In this document: positions 52,784 to 61,636 of the stretch, piece by piece
Layout: each line of letters opens with the position of its first letter
Numbering within the stretch: the first letter of the stretch is position 1
Origin: a candidate division FCPU426 bacterium
GTDB taxonomy: Bacteria > Oederibacteriota > Muellerivitia > Muellerivitales > Muellerivitaceae
Length of the DNA: 64,000 nt
Direction of reading: 5' to 3'
Assembly (NCBI GenBank): GCA_963771075.1
Contig: CAVYSE010000019.1
Coordinates: 23,649 to 87,648, forward strand
Position numbers and translations under genes: made by a program
Notes under the pieces: model-generated
Database searches by the model: none
Told to the model about the DNA's origin: nothing
What the model saw: only the letters and a program-made list of their open reading frames with translations

Positions 52784-54190
52784 TCACCAATCCTTGCACT
52801 TCGCCTGGGTGGCCCGGTAACTGCTGGGCAGGTCGATCTGGGCGTTGGCCAAGCCCTCCTCGGCCCAGAACTTCCTCACCACCTCCCCCACCACACCGGC
52901 CAGGTAATTCTTGACCATGTAACAGCCCTTCTTGAAGGTTTTGGCCTTCCAAGGGTGGGATTGGGTGGGGATATTAGGGTCGTTGCGCAGGGTCTCCTCC
53001 AGGATCTTCCGGTATTTGCGGTAAGTATCCTGGTTGATGGCCACGTGGGTGTTTTCGTGGTCGAGGATGACCTGGTAGGGGCAGCTGCCTTTCGGGTATT
53101 GGCTGGAGATATAAACGTCGAACTTCTTGATGGAGAAGTCGGCGGTGACGGTATTGCACCATATTTGCAGTTCCCCTTCCCGCGGGGGCGTAGATTCGAT
53201 GTTGGAGTCCGTACTCCACGAATAATACATTTCTGTCAGGCCCGGCTCGTTCTGGTTGCGGCTTGCCACCCACTGCTTGTTGACCTTCTCGATTCGAGCG
53301 GTGGGCAGGTCGAAATGGTAGGTCGGCTGGGCCTCCTGGCCTGTCACCTGGATGTCCGGCCGGTCGGAAGAGGCCAGGTTGATCTGGTAGTCGGAGAATG
53401 CGAGGGTGAACTGGTCCTCCTCGGCCAAGGCGCCGGGAATCAGGAAATCAAAATCCCACTTGGAGGGCAGGTAGTAACCCCCCGTGACGCTATAGGCAAT
53501 GGTTCCCTTGTAGCGGATGGGGCCGGCCTGGAAGGAACAACCGTCCTGCAGGTAGCCCTTCTGGGTGTAGACATAGTGGGGGGACATGTCGATCTGCTGG
53601 CCCTTCCCATTGTCACCGGACATATGGGTCGCGTTGCCGCCGGAGTCGAAGTTCATCGTGCCCGTGGTGCCGTCCGGGGCCGATTCCAGGATGTCGAATC
53701 CCTGGTCGGTGCGCTGAACCTTGAAGGTCTTTTCAACCAGGTCCTTCTCCTCGACGAAGGGGTCGTAGGTCATTCCCGCCCAGATCTGCACGACCGACTG
53801 GACCAGCTTGCCGAAGCCCATGCCCTCGTTCACAACGGCCTGGTCGGCCTGCTCGTCACCCACGGAGGGGGGATTTTGGAGATTGATATCCACCGCGTGG
53901 CCTTCCAATTTCACCATGTATCGCAGGCCATCCAGGGCCTCCAGGACGGCGTCGACCTGGGTGATATTCTGCCGCTTCAGGGTGTCCCGCAGGCGCTCGC
54001 GGCACCCTTCGGGCAGGGTCAGGGTCACCTGACATTGCAGGTTCTTCAGGCCCTCCCGTTGGAGGGAGTAAAAACGGGGAGCCATTTGGCGCAAGAAACG
54101 GGCGGTATCCGGGTCGGTTTTGGCGAACAGCGGGACGGCGAGGAGAAGGGCGAGGCCAAAGATAAAGGCGGTAATAGGGAATTTTTTCAT
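52784..54190 (-). CDS. Secreted protein with C-terminal HExxH (DUF922-like) domain
   Basis: Signal peptide; ILDHENTHV. Confidence 0.6.
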   Translation of the reverse strand: MKKFPITAFIFGLALLLAVPLFAKTDPDTARFLRQMAPRFYSLQREGLKNLQCQVTLTLPEGCRERLRDTLKRQNITQVDAVLEALDGLRYMVKLEGHAVDINLQNPPSVGDEQADQAVVNEGMGFGKLVQSVVQIWAGMTYDPFVEEKDLVEKTFKVQRTDQGFDILESAPDGTTGTMNFDSGGNATHMSGDNGKGQQIDMSPHYVYTQKGYLQDGCSFQAGPIRYKGTIAYSVTGGYYLPSKWDFDFLIPGALAEEDQFTLAFSDYQINLASSDRPDIQVTGQEAQPTYHFDLPTARIEKVNKQWVASRNQNEPGLTEMYYSWSTDSNIESTPPREGELQIWCNTVTADFSIKKFDVYISSQYPKGSCPYQVILDHENTHVAINQDTYRKYRKILEETLRNDPNIPTQSHPWKAKTFKKGCYMVKNYLAGVVGEVVRKFWAEEGLANAQIDLPSSYRATQAKCKDW

Positions 54191-54308
54191 ACCGTTCCTC
54201 ATGAGCAGGATAAAGGCTTTCAAAATAAAACTGTTTTACCTTTTCATTATAAGCCGGGGGCTTTGAGACACAAAAGCAGTAAAAGGGGTCAGGCCTGAAA
54301 AAAGAAAA

Positions 54309-54337
54309 TTGACATAAATAAAGAGCACGTTTATTCT
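54309..54337 (+). promoter_or_regulatory. Promoter of RAYT, near-leaderless
   Basis: TTGACA-17-TATTCT, 6 nt before ATG. Confidence 0.6.
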
Positions 54338-54343
54338 CCCTGC

Positions 54344-55279
54344 ATGAGAAAAACAAGGGTTCATTATCAAGGTGGCCTCTATCATGTGATCGCTCGGGGC
54401 AACCAAAGACAAAAGGTATTTCTTGGCAAAGAGGACTATTTAAAATATTTGAAGTTGATGGACGAATATTTAGAACACCACGGTATGGCCGTTTACGCTT
54501 ATTGCCTGATGCCCAACCATATACACATTTTGGTAGAACAAGTCGCTGACGACCCTTTGTCCCGCTATATGCAAAGACTCCAAAGCACCTACACCAGCTA
54601 CTTCAACCGAAAACACAAGAAGGTGGGGCACTTATTCCAGGGCCGGTATAAGGCCATTTTGGTGGACCGGGACGTTTATTTGCTTGAATTGATCCGGTAT
54701 ATTCACTTGAACCCCATTCGGGCGAAGCTAGAGGAAAAGGTGGGTGTTTATCCATGGTCGGGGCATGCTCAGTATTTGGGGACAGACAAGGGAAACACGG
54801 TTCGAATCCAGACGGCTATGGTTTTGCCAATGTTTGGAAAAGAAAATAAAGAGGCCAGAAAGTCCTATCAAAAGTTCGTTTGGGAAGGTATTGCGCAAGG
54901 CCATCGAGAAGATCTTTATGATCTCCGACAAGGGCATCTTCTGGGCGACGAGGACTTTGAAACGCATGTCCATGAAAATGTGCTAAAACAGAAAGTGAAG
55001 CCGAGCTTGAAGTTGAAATTGGAAATAAACCAAATATGGGAAAGGATTAAGAAGAGGGAAAGGCTGGAAGTGGAACCGTCGGGATGGAAAAGAAGCCGAT
55101 GGATCGGCGAAGCGGCTTATTTGGCGGTTGAGGGGCGCGGGAAAAAACAAAAAGAAGTTGCGTTATATTTTGAGGTGGAACCTACAACAATCAATAAAGC
55201 TTTAAAGCAGCTGAGGAAAAGGTGGGAAGAGAAACCGAATGAAGAGAAAGAGTTCATGCGATGGGCCAAGAGCCTATAA
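54344..55279 (+). CDS. REP-associated tyrosine (HUH/Y1) transposase with C-terminal HTH
   Basis: YHVIARGN, LMPNHIH, GHLFQGRY, YIHLNP. Confidence 0.92.
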   Translation: MRKTRVHYQGGLYHVIARGNQRQKVFLGKEDYLKYLKLMDEYLEHHGMAVYAYCLMPNHIHILVEQVADDPLSRYMQRLQSTYTSYFNRKHKKVGHLFQGRYKAILVDRDVYLLELIRYIHLNPIRAKLEEKVGVYPWSGHAQYLGTDKGNTVRIQTAMVLPMFGKENKEARKSYQKFVWEGIAQGHREDLYDLRQGHLLGDEDFETHVHENVLKQKVKPSLKLKLEINQIWERIKKRERLEVEPSGWKRSRWIGEAAYLAVEGRGKKQKEVALYFEVEPTTINKALKQLRKRWEEKPNEEKEFMRWAKSL

Positions 55280-55431
55280 TTTTCTTTTTTCAGGCCTGAT
55301 AACATGAAAAAGGCTGCAGAGCTCCAAGCGTAGAGCGTCTCCACTTAAGTGGGACGAGGCTCTAGGATAAACCCAGAGTCGAAAAGGCACTCACCTTTGC
55401 AGGTGGTGCAAAACGCTTAGGAGGTGCAGCC

Positions 55432-56454
55432 GTGGGACAGTATATCGGAGTAGACCTACACCAGAAAACATCCTACGTCACGAGAGTGAATGAGAAAGGA
55501 AAGGTGCTGGAACAAGTCGATCTGAAGAACGACGCGGATACTTTAAAGGCTTATTTCAAGAAGCAACCCGTGAGTAGCCAGGTCGTAGTAGAAGCCACAG
55601 GTCATTGGTATCACTTTTACGAACTCATCGAGGATCGATTCCCCAACCTGGTATTGGCCCACCCCCAAAAGGTCAAAGCCATAGCCTCGGCCAAGATCAA
55701 GACGGATAAAATTGATTCGGGAATCCTGGCTCAACTTTTGCGGGTGGATCTGCTGCCACGAGCCTATGTGCCACCCCGAGAGATCCGCGACTTACGGGAA
55801 ATCCTTAGGTACCGGGCTTCCCTGGTGCAATTGAGAACACAAGCCAAAAACCGGATGACTTCGGTCATGACCAAGGCGGGAATCGAACCCGTTACTAAAA
55901 ACCGATTCGGAATAAAGAACTTCCGCGAACTTGCCACGGTAGGTACCCGGCCTTGCTACCGTTTGGAACTGGACGGATATATGGAAGTAATCCGGGAACT
56001 AGGCCAAGAGATCGCCAAATCAGAAGAGGTGATCAAGAAAATGGCAGCAGAAAGCCCGGAAGCCCAGCTGATGATGACCATGCCAGGCGTGGGTGCCTTT
56101 TCGGCTTTATTAATTTTGAGCGAGATTGGGGATATTCGCCGGTTCCCGGACGCGGAACATCTATGTTCTTATGGTGGATTGGTCCCCAGTGTTCACGCAT
56201 CAGGGGGAAAAAGCCACAACGGCCACATCACCAAACAGGGTTCTAAATGGATTCGCTGGATATTGGTTGAGAACTCGCTTCATGCCATTCGCAAAACCCG
56301 ACGGTATGGGACCTTATACACGAGGGTGAAGAAGAAGCATGGGAATAACGCGGGACGAATAGCAGTAGCAAGGGCTATGCTGAAAAGCATCTTTCATATG
56401 TTACGAAAGAAGGAAGCTTTTGAGGACTGCCCGGCCAGCTCCGACGGGGTCTGA
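55432..56454 (+). CDS. IS110 DEDD recombinase
   Basis: GVDLH, VEATG, KTDKID, GLVPSVHASGG; RBS AGGAGG. Confidence 0.96.
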   Translation: MGQYIGVDLHQKTSYVTRVNEKGKVLEQVDLKNDADTLKAYFKKQPVSSQVVVEATGHWYHFYELIEDRFPNLVLAHPQKVKAIASAKIKTDKIDSGILAQLLRVDLLPRAYVPPREIRDLREILRYRASLVQLRTQAKNRMTSVMTKAGIEPVTKNRFGIKNFRELATVGTRPCYRLELDGYMEVIRELGQEIAKSEEVIKKMAAESPEAQLMMTMPGVGAFSALLILSEIGDIRRFPDAEHLCSYGGLVPSVHASGGKSHNGHITKQGSKWIRWILVENSLHAIRKTRRYGTLYTRVKKKHGNNAGRIAVARAMLKSIFHMLRKKEAFEDCPASSDGV

Positions 56455-56573
56455 CACAACCCGCAAGAGTTGAGGTCCTTGGCCTGATTGAGCGGCCGGG
56501 TCCAACGTTATCGTGCGGTGAAACAACCGCGAATAGGTGACTGACTTGTAGTCCTTTGAGACTCAGGTTGGAC
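56430..56573 (+). ncRNA. Bridge/seek RNA of the IS110 element
   Basis: Two stem-loops with internal loops matching target (GGGGTC, GGCCTGA) and donor junction (GTTATC, ATAGGTGA). Confidence 0.8.
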
Positions 56574-56620
56574 TTGGGGCCGTGATACTACGCTTTTGCC
56601 TGGACATTCTTTTTCATAGG

Positions 56621-56656
56621 TGACCCCTTTTGCTTTCATGACCCCTTTTGCTTTCA
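56621..56656. repeat. 18-bp tandem duplication at RAYT element right end
   Basis: TGACCCCTTTTGCTTTCA x2. Confidence 0.9.
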
Positions 56657-57045
56657 TTTAGCTCAACGATGCTCACCGACAGGTAGGCTCTGATCACATT
56701 CGGGGGATGGGCACCTGGTTCGAGGGGGCAAAGCCTGCGCCGAAGCTTCAAGTTGAGGCGCACGAATTGGCCTTACCGGCCCACAAGCTAAAAAGGGCCG
56801 GTACCGAGAACCATGTTTCGACGGTTTTTGTCGCCCTTGAGGTGAAGGCGCAACGGGTGGTTGTTCCTAACAAATGGTTATTTAAATACCATTCCATTAT
56901 CCATTTGTTGTGACGGGTGAATTTCCCGGCCAATGGCTAAAGGCCATTGGGTGTTCACGGGGGAGAAAAAGCCCGGACCCTTTGTTCATTAGAAATTTAA
57001 TAATTAATAACTGACCCTATTTTCACCAACCATTTTTTTACTCTA

Positions 57046-59358
57046 TTAGGCGTTTATCGATATCGGCCGGTACAAAAACTTCTGGAAACCGGTAAAAACA
57101 CGCCTAATTTCTTCCGGGTCCCCCAGGTCGGCAATGGCATCGGCTATCGCATCGTGATATTTGAGTTTCAAAAGCGGGGTCAGTTTGTCCTGGTTTAATT
57201 CTTCAACCCCCACACTAACATAGTGTGAAAGCACGAAATCGAGAAACACCTGCTGTTTGCTGTTGAAGGTATGGTCAATCTCTACCTTGGCGTTTTCGGC
57301 GCGTTCCTCGCGGGTTAAGGGGGCCAGGGCATAGGCCACGTGGGCCAAAACATCAAACAGATCGCTATTCTCCGCGTCGATAATTTTCTGCATCTCGGTA
57401 AGTTGTTCTTTCCCGAAGCCTTTTTCCGCCAAACCTTCCATCAGTCTTTTTCGGGTATCGGGCGCGCTCCAAATCGCGCGCAATTCGGCTTCGTTTTTGA
57501 AGAAATCTGGCAATTTGCCGAATAGCAGTTCCATGAATTGTTGGGCGCTCATGGGTTTGCCGTCCGGGTGCCAAAAGGTCGTGATCGCCATATCTTGAAT
57601 CGTTCGGGCCTTCCCATCAGCCAACTTTATTTTGATTTTCTGACGTTTAAAATCTTCACCTTCTTTTTCCCCGGTTTTAGGGGGGGATTTTGGCGGCACA
57701 GGATAACCAGGTCCAGGTTCTGGCGGGTCCGGTTCGCCATCCCATTCTTTATCTTGAAAGTGATGATGGGCTTTCACAAAGTCGTAAATCGTAAAGTAAT
57801 CCTTATTGTCATATAAACGGGTGCCGCGCCCAATGATCTGCTTGAATTCGATCATCGAATTGATAGGCCGCATCAAGACGATGTTTCGGATGTTTCGTGC
57901 ATCCACTCCCGTCGAGAGCTTTTGGGAAGTGGTCAAGATAGTCGGAATCGTTTTTTCATTATCCTGAAAATCCCTCAAATGCTGTTCACCCAGTTCCCCG
58001 TCATTGGCCGTCACCCTTTGGCAATAGTTCGGGTCAGTGCTAGTCTTGATCTGGTTAATCAGATCCCGAACCGCCAAGGCGTGGTCCTGGGTCGCGCAAA
58101 ACACCAGGGTCTTTTCGTTTTGGTTGATTTCGCCCATGAACTTCCTAACCCGATGGGCCTCACGTTCTTTGATTTCGATGATCCTGTTGAAATCGGGATC
58201 GGTATAAAGGCGGCCTTGTTCAACTTCGCCCTCAATTACTTTATCGTCAGAGGTATAGACATACTCATCAAGGGTTGTGGAAATCTGTCGAACCTTGAAG
58301 GGCGTCAGGAACCCATCATTAATACCCTCTTTGAGTGAATAGACATAAACGGGTTCCCCAAAATATTTATAGGTATCGGCATTCTCTTCCCGTTTGGGTG
58401 TGGCGGTTAAGCCCAACTGAACCGCCGGGGAAAAATAAGTCATAATGTCCCGCCAGTTGCTCTCGTCGTTCGCCCCGCCCCGGTGGCACTCGTCGATCAC
58501 GATAAAGTCAAAGAAGTCGGGCGGATATTCCCCGAAATAGGGTTCGTTATTGGGCCCGCTCATGAAGGTTTGGAAGATCGTGAAGAAGATGCTTCCGTTT
58601 TTGGGCACACGGCCTTTTTTGCGAATTTCATCTGGCTTTATCCGCACCAGGGCGTCCTCAGGGAACGACGAAAAGGCGTTATAGGCCTGGTTCGCCAGAA
58701 TGTTCCGGTCCGCCAGGAAAAGAATTCTTGGCCGGCGGGTCGGGTTGCCGCCCAAGTTCCAACGGCTGTGAAAGAGTTTCCAGGCGATCTGAAAGGCGAT
58801 CATGGTCTTGCCCGTTCCGGTGGCAAGGGTCAAAAGAATCCGTTGTTTCCCATCCGCTATGGCGTCCAAAACCTTTTCAATGGCGTTATCCCTGAAATAC
58901 CTTTCGCCCAGCGTGCCCCCCTTGTCGTCGAAAGGCACTTCGGCGAAACGGTCCCGCCAGGCGTTGGCCTCGGCGAAGGTCATGGCCCATAGTTGTTCGG
59001 GCGTTGGGAAGGCCGAAATTTCACCTTCTTTCCCCTTTTGCATGTCGATCTGGTAAATGCCATGGCCGTTCGCCGAGTAGGTGAACCGAATCCTCATTTT
59101 ACCGGCGTAATTCTTGGCCTGGCCCACCCCCTCGGTTAACAGCTCATCCCAGGCCTTCGCCTCCACCACGGCCAATTTGCGGTTGCGGTAAATGAGGACA
59201 TAGTCGGCCTTGAGCCCGTTGCGGGGGCGGCCCGCGCCTTCGATGCGGCCGGGGGTAATGGGATATTCCCGGAAGATCCGGCTGCCATCCGCCACGCCCC
59301 AGCCCGCCGCCTTCAAGGCGGGGTCGATATGTTCGGCTCTTGTTTCGGCTTCGTTCAT
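57046..59358 (-). CDS. hsdR: Type I restriction subunit R (EcoAI/EcoEI-like)
   Basis: ADY..VEAK, ATGTGKT, DECHR, TATP, QIIGRG. Confidence 0.93.
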   Translation of the reverse strand: MNEAETRAEHIDPALKAAGWGVADGSRIFREYPITPGRIEGAGRPRNGLKADYVLIYRNRKLAVVEAKAWDELLTEGVGQAKNYAGKMRIRFTYSANGHGIYQIDMQKGKEGEISAFPTPEQLWAMTFAEANAWRDRFAEVPFDDKGGTLGERYFRDNAIEKVLDAIADGKQRILLTLATGTGKTMIAFQIAWKLFHSRWNLGGNPTRRPRILFLADRNILANQAYNAFSSFPEDALVRIKPDEIRKKGRVPKNGSIFFTIFQTFMSGPNNEPYFGEYPPDFFDFIVIDECHRGGANDESNWRDIMTYFSPAVQLGLTATPKREENADTYKYFGEPVYVYSLKEGINDGFLTPFKVRQISTTLDEYVYTSDDKVIEGEVEQGRLYTDPDFNRIIEIKEREAHRVRKFMGEINQNEKTLVFCATQDHALAVRDLINQIKTSTDPNYCQRVTANDGELGEQHLRDFQDNEKTIPTILTTSQKLSTGVDARNIRNIVLMRPINSMIEFKQIIGRGTRLYDNKDYFTIYDFVKAHHHFQDKEWDGEPDPPEPGPGYPVPPKSPPKTGEKEGEDFKRQKIKIKLADGKARTIQDMAITTFWHPDGKPMSAQQFMELLFGKLPDFFKNEAELRAIWSAPDTRKRLMEGLAEKGFGKEQLTEMQKIIDAENSDLFDVLAHVAYALAPLTREERAENAKVEIDHTFNSKQQVFLDFVLSHYVSVGVEELNQDKLTPLLKLKYHDAIADAIADLGDPEEIRRVFTGFQKFLYRPISINA

Positions 59359-59428
59359 TGCGTTTAACTCTTCCGTTCGTTCAGTTTGAAATGTCGACAA
59401 TTTGTCGACGGTTCATAAATGGTTTTAT

Positions 59429-60472
59429 TCATGGCTTTCCCTTCTTGGGTTTCTTCCGCTTGGGCAGTTTCTTCACCACGGCCTCAAGCTGTTTAAGGGT
59501 GTCCGCTTCCGCCGCATCCTCAAGCTCAGCGCGGCGTCTTTGGGCGAATAGGTCGTATTCTTTTTCGGCGAGGGCTTCGGCCTTTTCATGGCTGATCTTC
59601 CCGGCCCCCGGCAAAACTGCGCGGTCGTTGAATTTCAGAAATTCATCCAGCCGGGTTTTCCAATCCTTCAAGAATACCTGCTTGCGCCGCCGGGCCTGGT
59701 CCTCGGCGAAATCGAGGAACATCACCACGATGCGGTTCAATTCGCTAATTTCCGGTTCGCGCAGGTAGTTCTTGGCGATGGTCACATCCCCCTTGCGGAC
59801 AGCCCCGCCCTTCCAGGCGGTCAACCCCATATTGGGCTTTTTAAAATCGGCCCTTTGCGCGATCAATTCGGAGGCGGTTTTGCCGGTGGCGGCGAAATGA
59901 AGCTTGTTTTGGATGGTTTGGTAGAAAACCTTGGTTTCCTCGCCGGTGGGCTTATAGTCGGCGGCCAAAGCCAGGATTTCCCGCACCCGCAGATAGACCC
60001 GCTTTTCGCTGGCCCTTATGTCCCGAATGCGTTCCAGCAACTCATCGAAATAATCCGCCAGGCCGTTGCCGGATGGGTTTTTGAGGCGTTCATCATCCAT
60101 CGTGAAGCCCTTGACCAGGTACTCCCTCAGCCGCTGGGTCGCCCAAACGCGGAATTGCGTACCCCGGATACTATTAACCCGATAACCGATAGAGATAATG
60201 ACGTCGAGATTGTAAAAACTTGTCTTGTAATTCTTTCCGTCTGAGGCAGTTGTCAAGGATTCCTTGACAACTGAATTAGGCGCCAATTCCCCTTCCGCGA
60301 AGATGTTCTTAAGGTGGAGACTCACGTTTTGCTTGGTGGATTGGAATAACTCTGCCATTTGCGCCTGGGTCAGCCAGATGGTTTCATTCTCAAACCGGCA
60401 TTGGATGCGCGTGCGGCCGTCTTCGGTTTGGTAGAGGGCGATGCTGGATTGGGACGGTTCATGGACGGACAT
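59429..60472 (-). CDS. RhuM-family DNA-binding protein
   Basis: TIWLTQAQMAELF, YNLDVIISIGYRV, GFTMDDERLK, IRDIRASE. Confidence 0.9.
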   Translation of the reverse strand: MSVHEPSQSSIALYQTEDGRTRIQCRFENETIWLTQAQMAELFQSTKQNVSLHLKNIFAEGELAPNSVVKESLTTASDGKNYKTSFYNLDVIISIGYRVNSIRGTQFRVWATQRLREYLVKGFTMDDERLKNPSGNGLADYFDELLERIRDIRASEKRVYLRVREILALAADYKPTGEETKVFYQTIQNKLHFAATGKTASELIAQRADFKKPNMGLTAWKGGAVRKGDVTIAKNYLREPEISELNRIVVMFLDFAEDQARRRKQVFLKDWKTRLDEFLKFNDRAVLPGAGKISHEKAEALAEKEYDLFAQRRRAELEDAAEADTLKQLEAVVKKLPKRKKPKKGKP

Positions 60473-60475
60473 GGA

Positions 60476-61636
60476 TTAGAGTTCTCCAGAGAAGGCTTTT
60501 TCCAACAACGACTTCTTAAAGAGTTCCAACTCAACTAACTTCTGTTGATAAATGGATCCTAGATGATTAGTTTCTACAGATAACATCTCGATTTTTTTTA
60601 CAACCTCTGCTTGCTCTTTAACCGTCGCCGGAATTGGAATTGGTATTGAATTTAGAGCTTTTTGATTTAATTTAGGTTGAGCAGCCCCAGTGATGTATTC
60701 ATCAAGCTTAATGCTCTTCAAATAAAACTCAACAAATCGTTGAGTAGCCATCTTTTCAAACTTCAAAATGTGTGCATGATTATTTACCCAGAATTGTCCG
60801 GATACTGAGAATGCAATAGGCGTTGATCTTGCCAACAAGTTCGCCCCATCCTCCGAGACAAGTAACACATCACCGTCGAAAATGTAGTCCGCAACATAAT
60901 CAACAATTCCCGATGCTCCGTAATAAGGATATTTCCCATTCTTTCTATCGCTTTTAGTAATGGGTACCCTTTTGTTATCAAGATTTTCAGATATCTGGTC
61001 TAGTGTTTTTTCTTGCCAGTCAACTCCACCATTCGCAAAAACAGAATTGGTATAACTTTCAAAGAGGGCGCGGGAGTTTTGGAGATTTTTTTCGGCATTG
61101 GCTTTGGCGGTGGCAATACCCTCAAACGCCTCATCGAGAATCCCGACAATTCGTTTTTGATCTGCAATGGGCGGCAAAGGTATTTTGTAATTTTCTATAA
61201 ATTCTTTCGGAACTCTTTGTTGACCAACAGCGCCACCCATTCGAGCAGAGCCTTCATTACGAAAATCCGGCCTTAAAAGGAAGTAATAAAGAAACTCTTT
61301 ATCCAAGAATTGATTTGGTCTGAAAACAATAAACTCACTAGAACCAAAACCTATTCCGTTTTTTAGATTATTTGCTATGCCAAGTTTTCCATTTTCAAAA
61401 CATGGGGTAATTTTTGCAAGAAGCACATCTCCTTCCCCAAAATAGGTATAACTACCATCTGCCTCTGATAATGTTTTGTTTTGGGTTGGATTTAAAAACT
61501 TCCGATCGATTCCAAGATTTTCCATTGGAGCGAACGAAACCAATGATTTTGGTGAGAGTTTTTCACGGGCTTCTGATTTAGGCGGTCTTATTTGGCAAAC
61601 CTCACCTAAAGAAGCATTTTTCCAATCAACCTTCAT
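60476..61636 (-). CDS. hsdS: Type I specificity subunit S
   Basis: Two AT-rich TRDs; IPLPPIADQKRIV; SLLEKAFSGEL. Confidence 0.92.
   Translation of the reverse strand: MKVDWKNASLGEVCQIRPPKSEAREKLSPKSLVSFAPMENLGIDRKFLNPTQNKTLSEADGSYTYFGEGDVLLAKITPCFENGKLGIANNLKNGIGFGSSEFIVFRPNQFLDKEFLYYFLLRPDFRNEGSARMGGAVGQQRVPKEFIENYKIPLPPIADQKRIVGILDEAFEGIATAKANAEKNLQNSRALFESYTNSVFANGGVDWQEKTLDQISENLDNKRVPITKSDRKNGKYPYYGASGIVDYVADYIFDGDVLLVSEDGANLLARSTPIAFSVSGQFWVNNHAHILKFEKMATQRFVEFYLKSIKLDEYITGAAQPKLNQKALNSIPIPIPATVKEQAEVVKKIEMLSVETNHLGSIYQQKLVELELFKKSLLEKAFSGEL

Larger units (their letters stand above)
55297..56623 (+). mobile_element. IS110-family (IS1111-type) insertion sequence
   Basis: TGA core at both ends; sub-terminal IRs ATGAAAAAG/CTTTTTCAT; structured 3' non-coding region. 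Confidence 0.9.
54281..56630 (+). mobile_element. RAYT-like element bounded by 30-bp inverted repeats, right repeat interrupted by IS110
   Basis: 54281-54310 is the exact reverse complement of 55278-55299 joined to 56624-56631. Confidence 0.8.

Noticed and set aside
48172..54298. Long plus-strand ORFs (48172-49593, 52766-54298)
   Set aside because: Antisense shadows of GC-rich minus-strand genes
56621..56656. Possible CRISPR repeats
   Set aside because: Two abutting copies, no spacer, no cas genes
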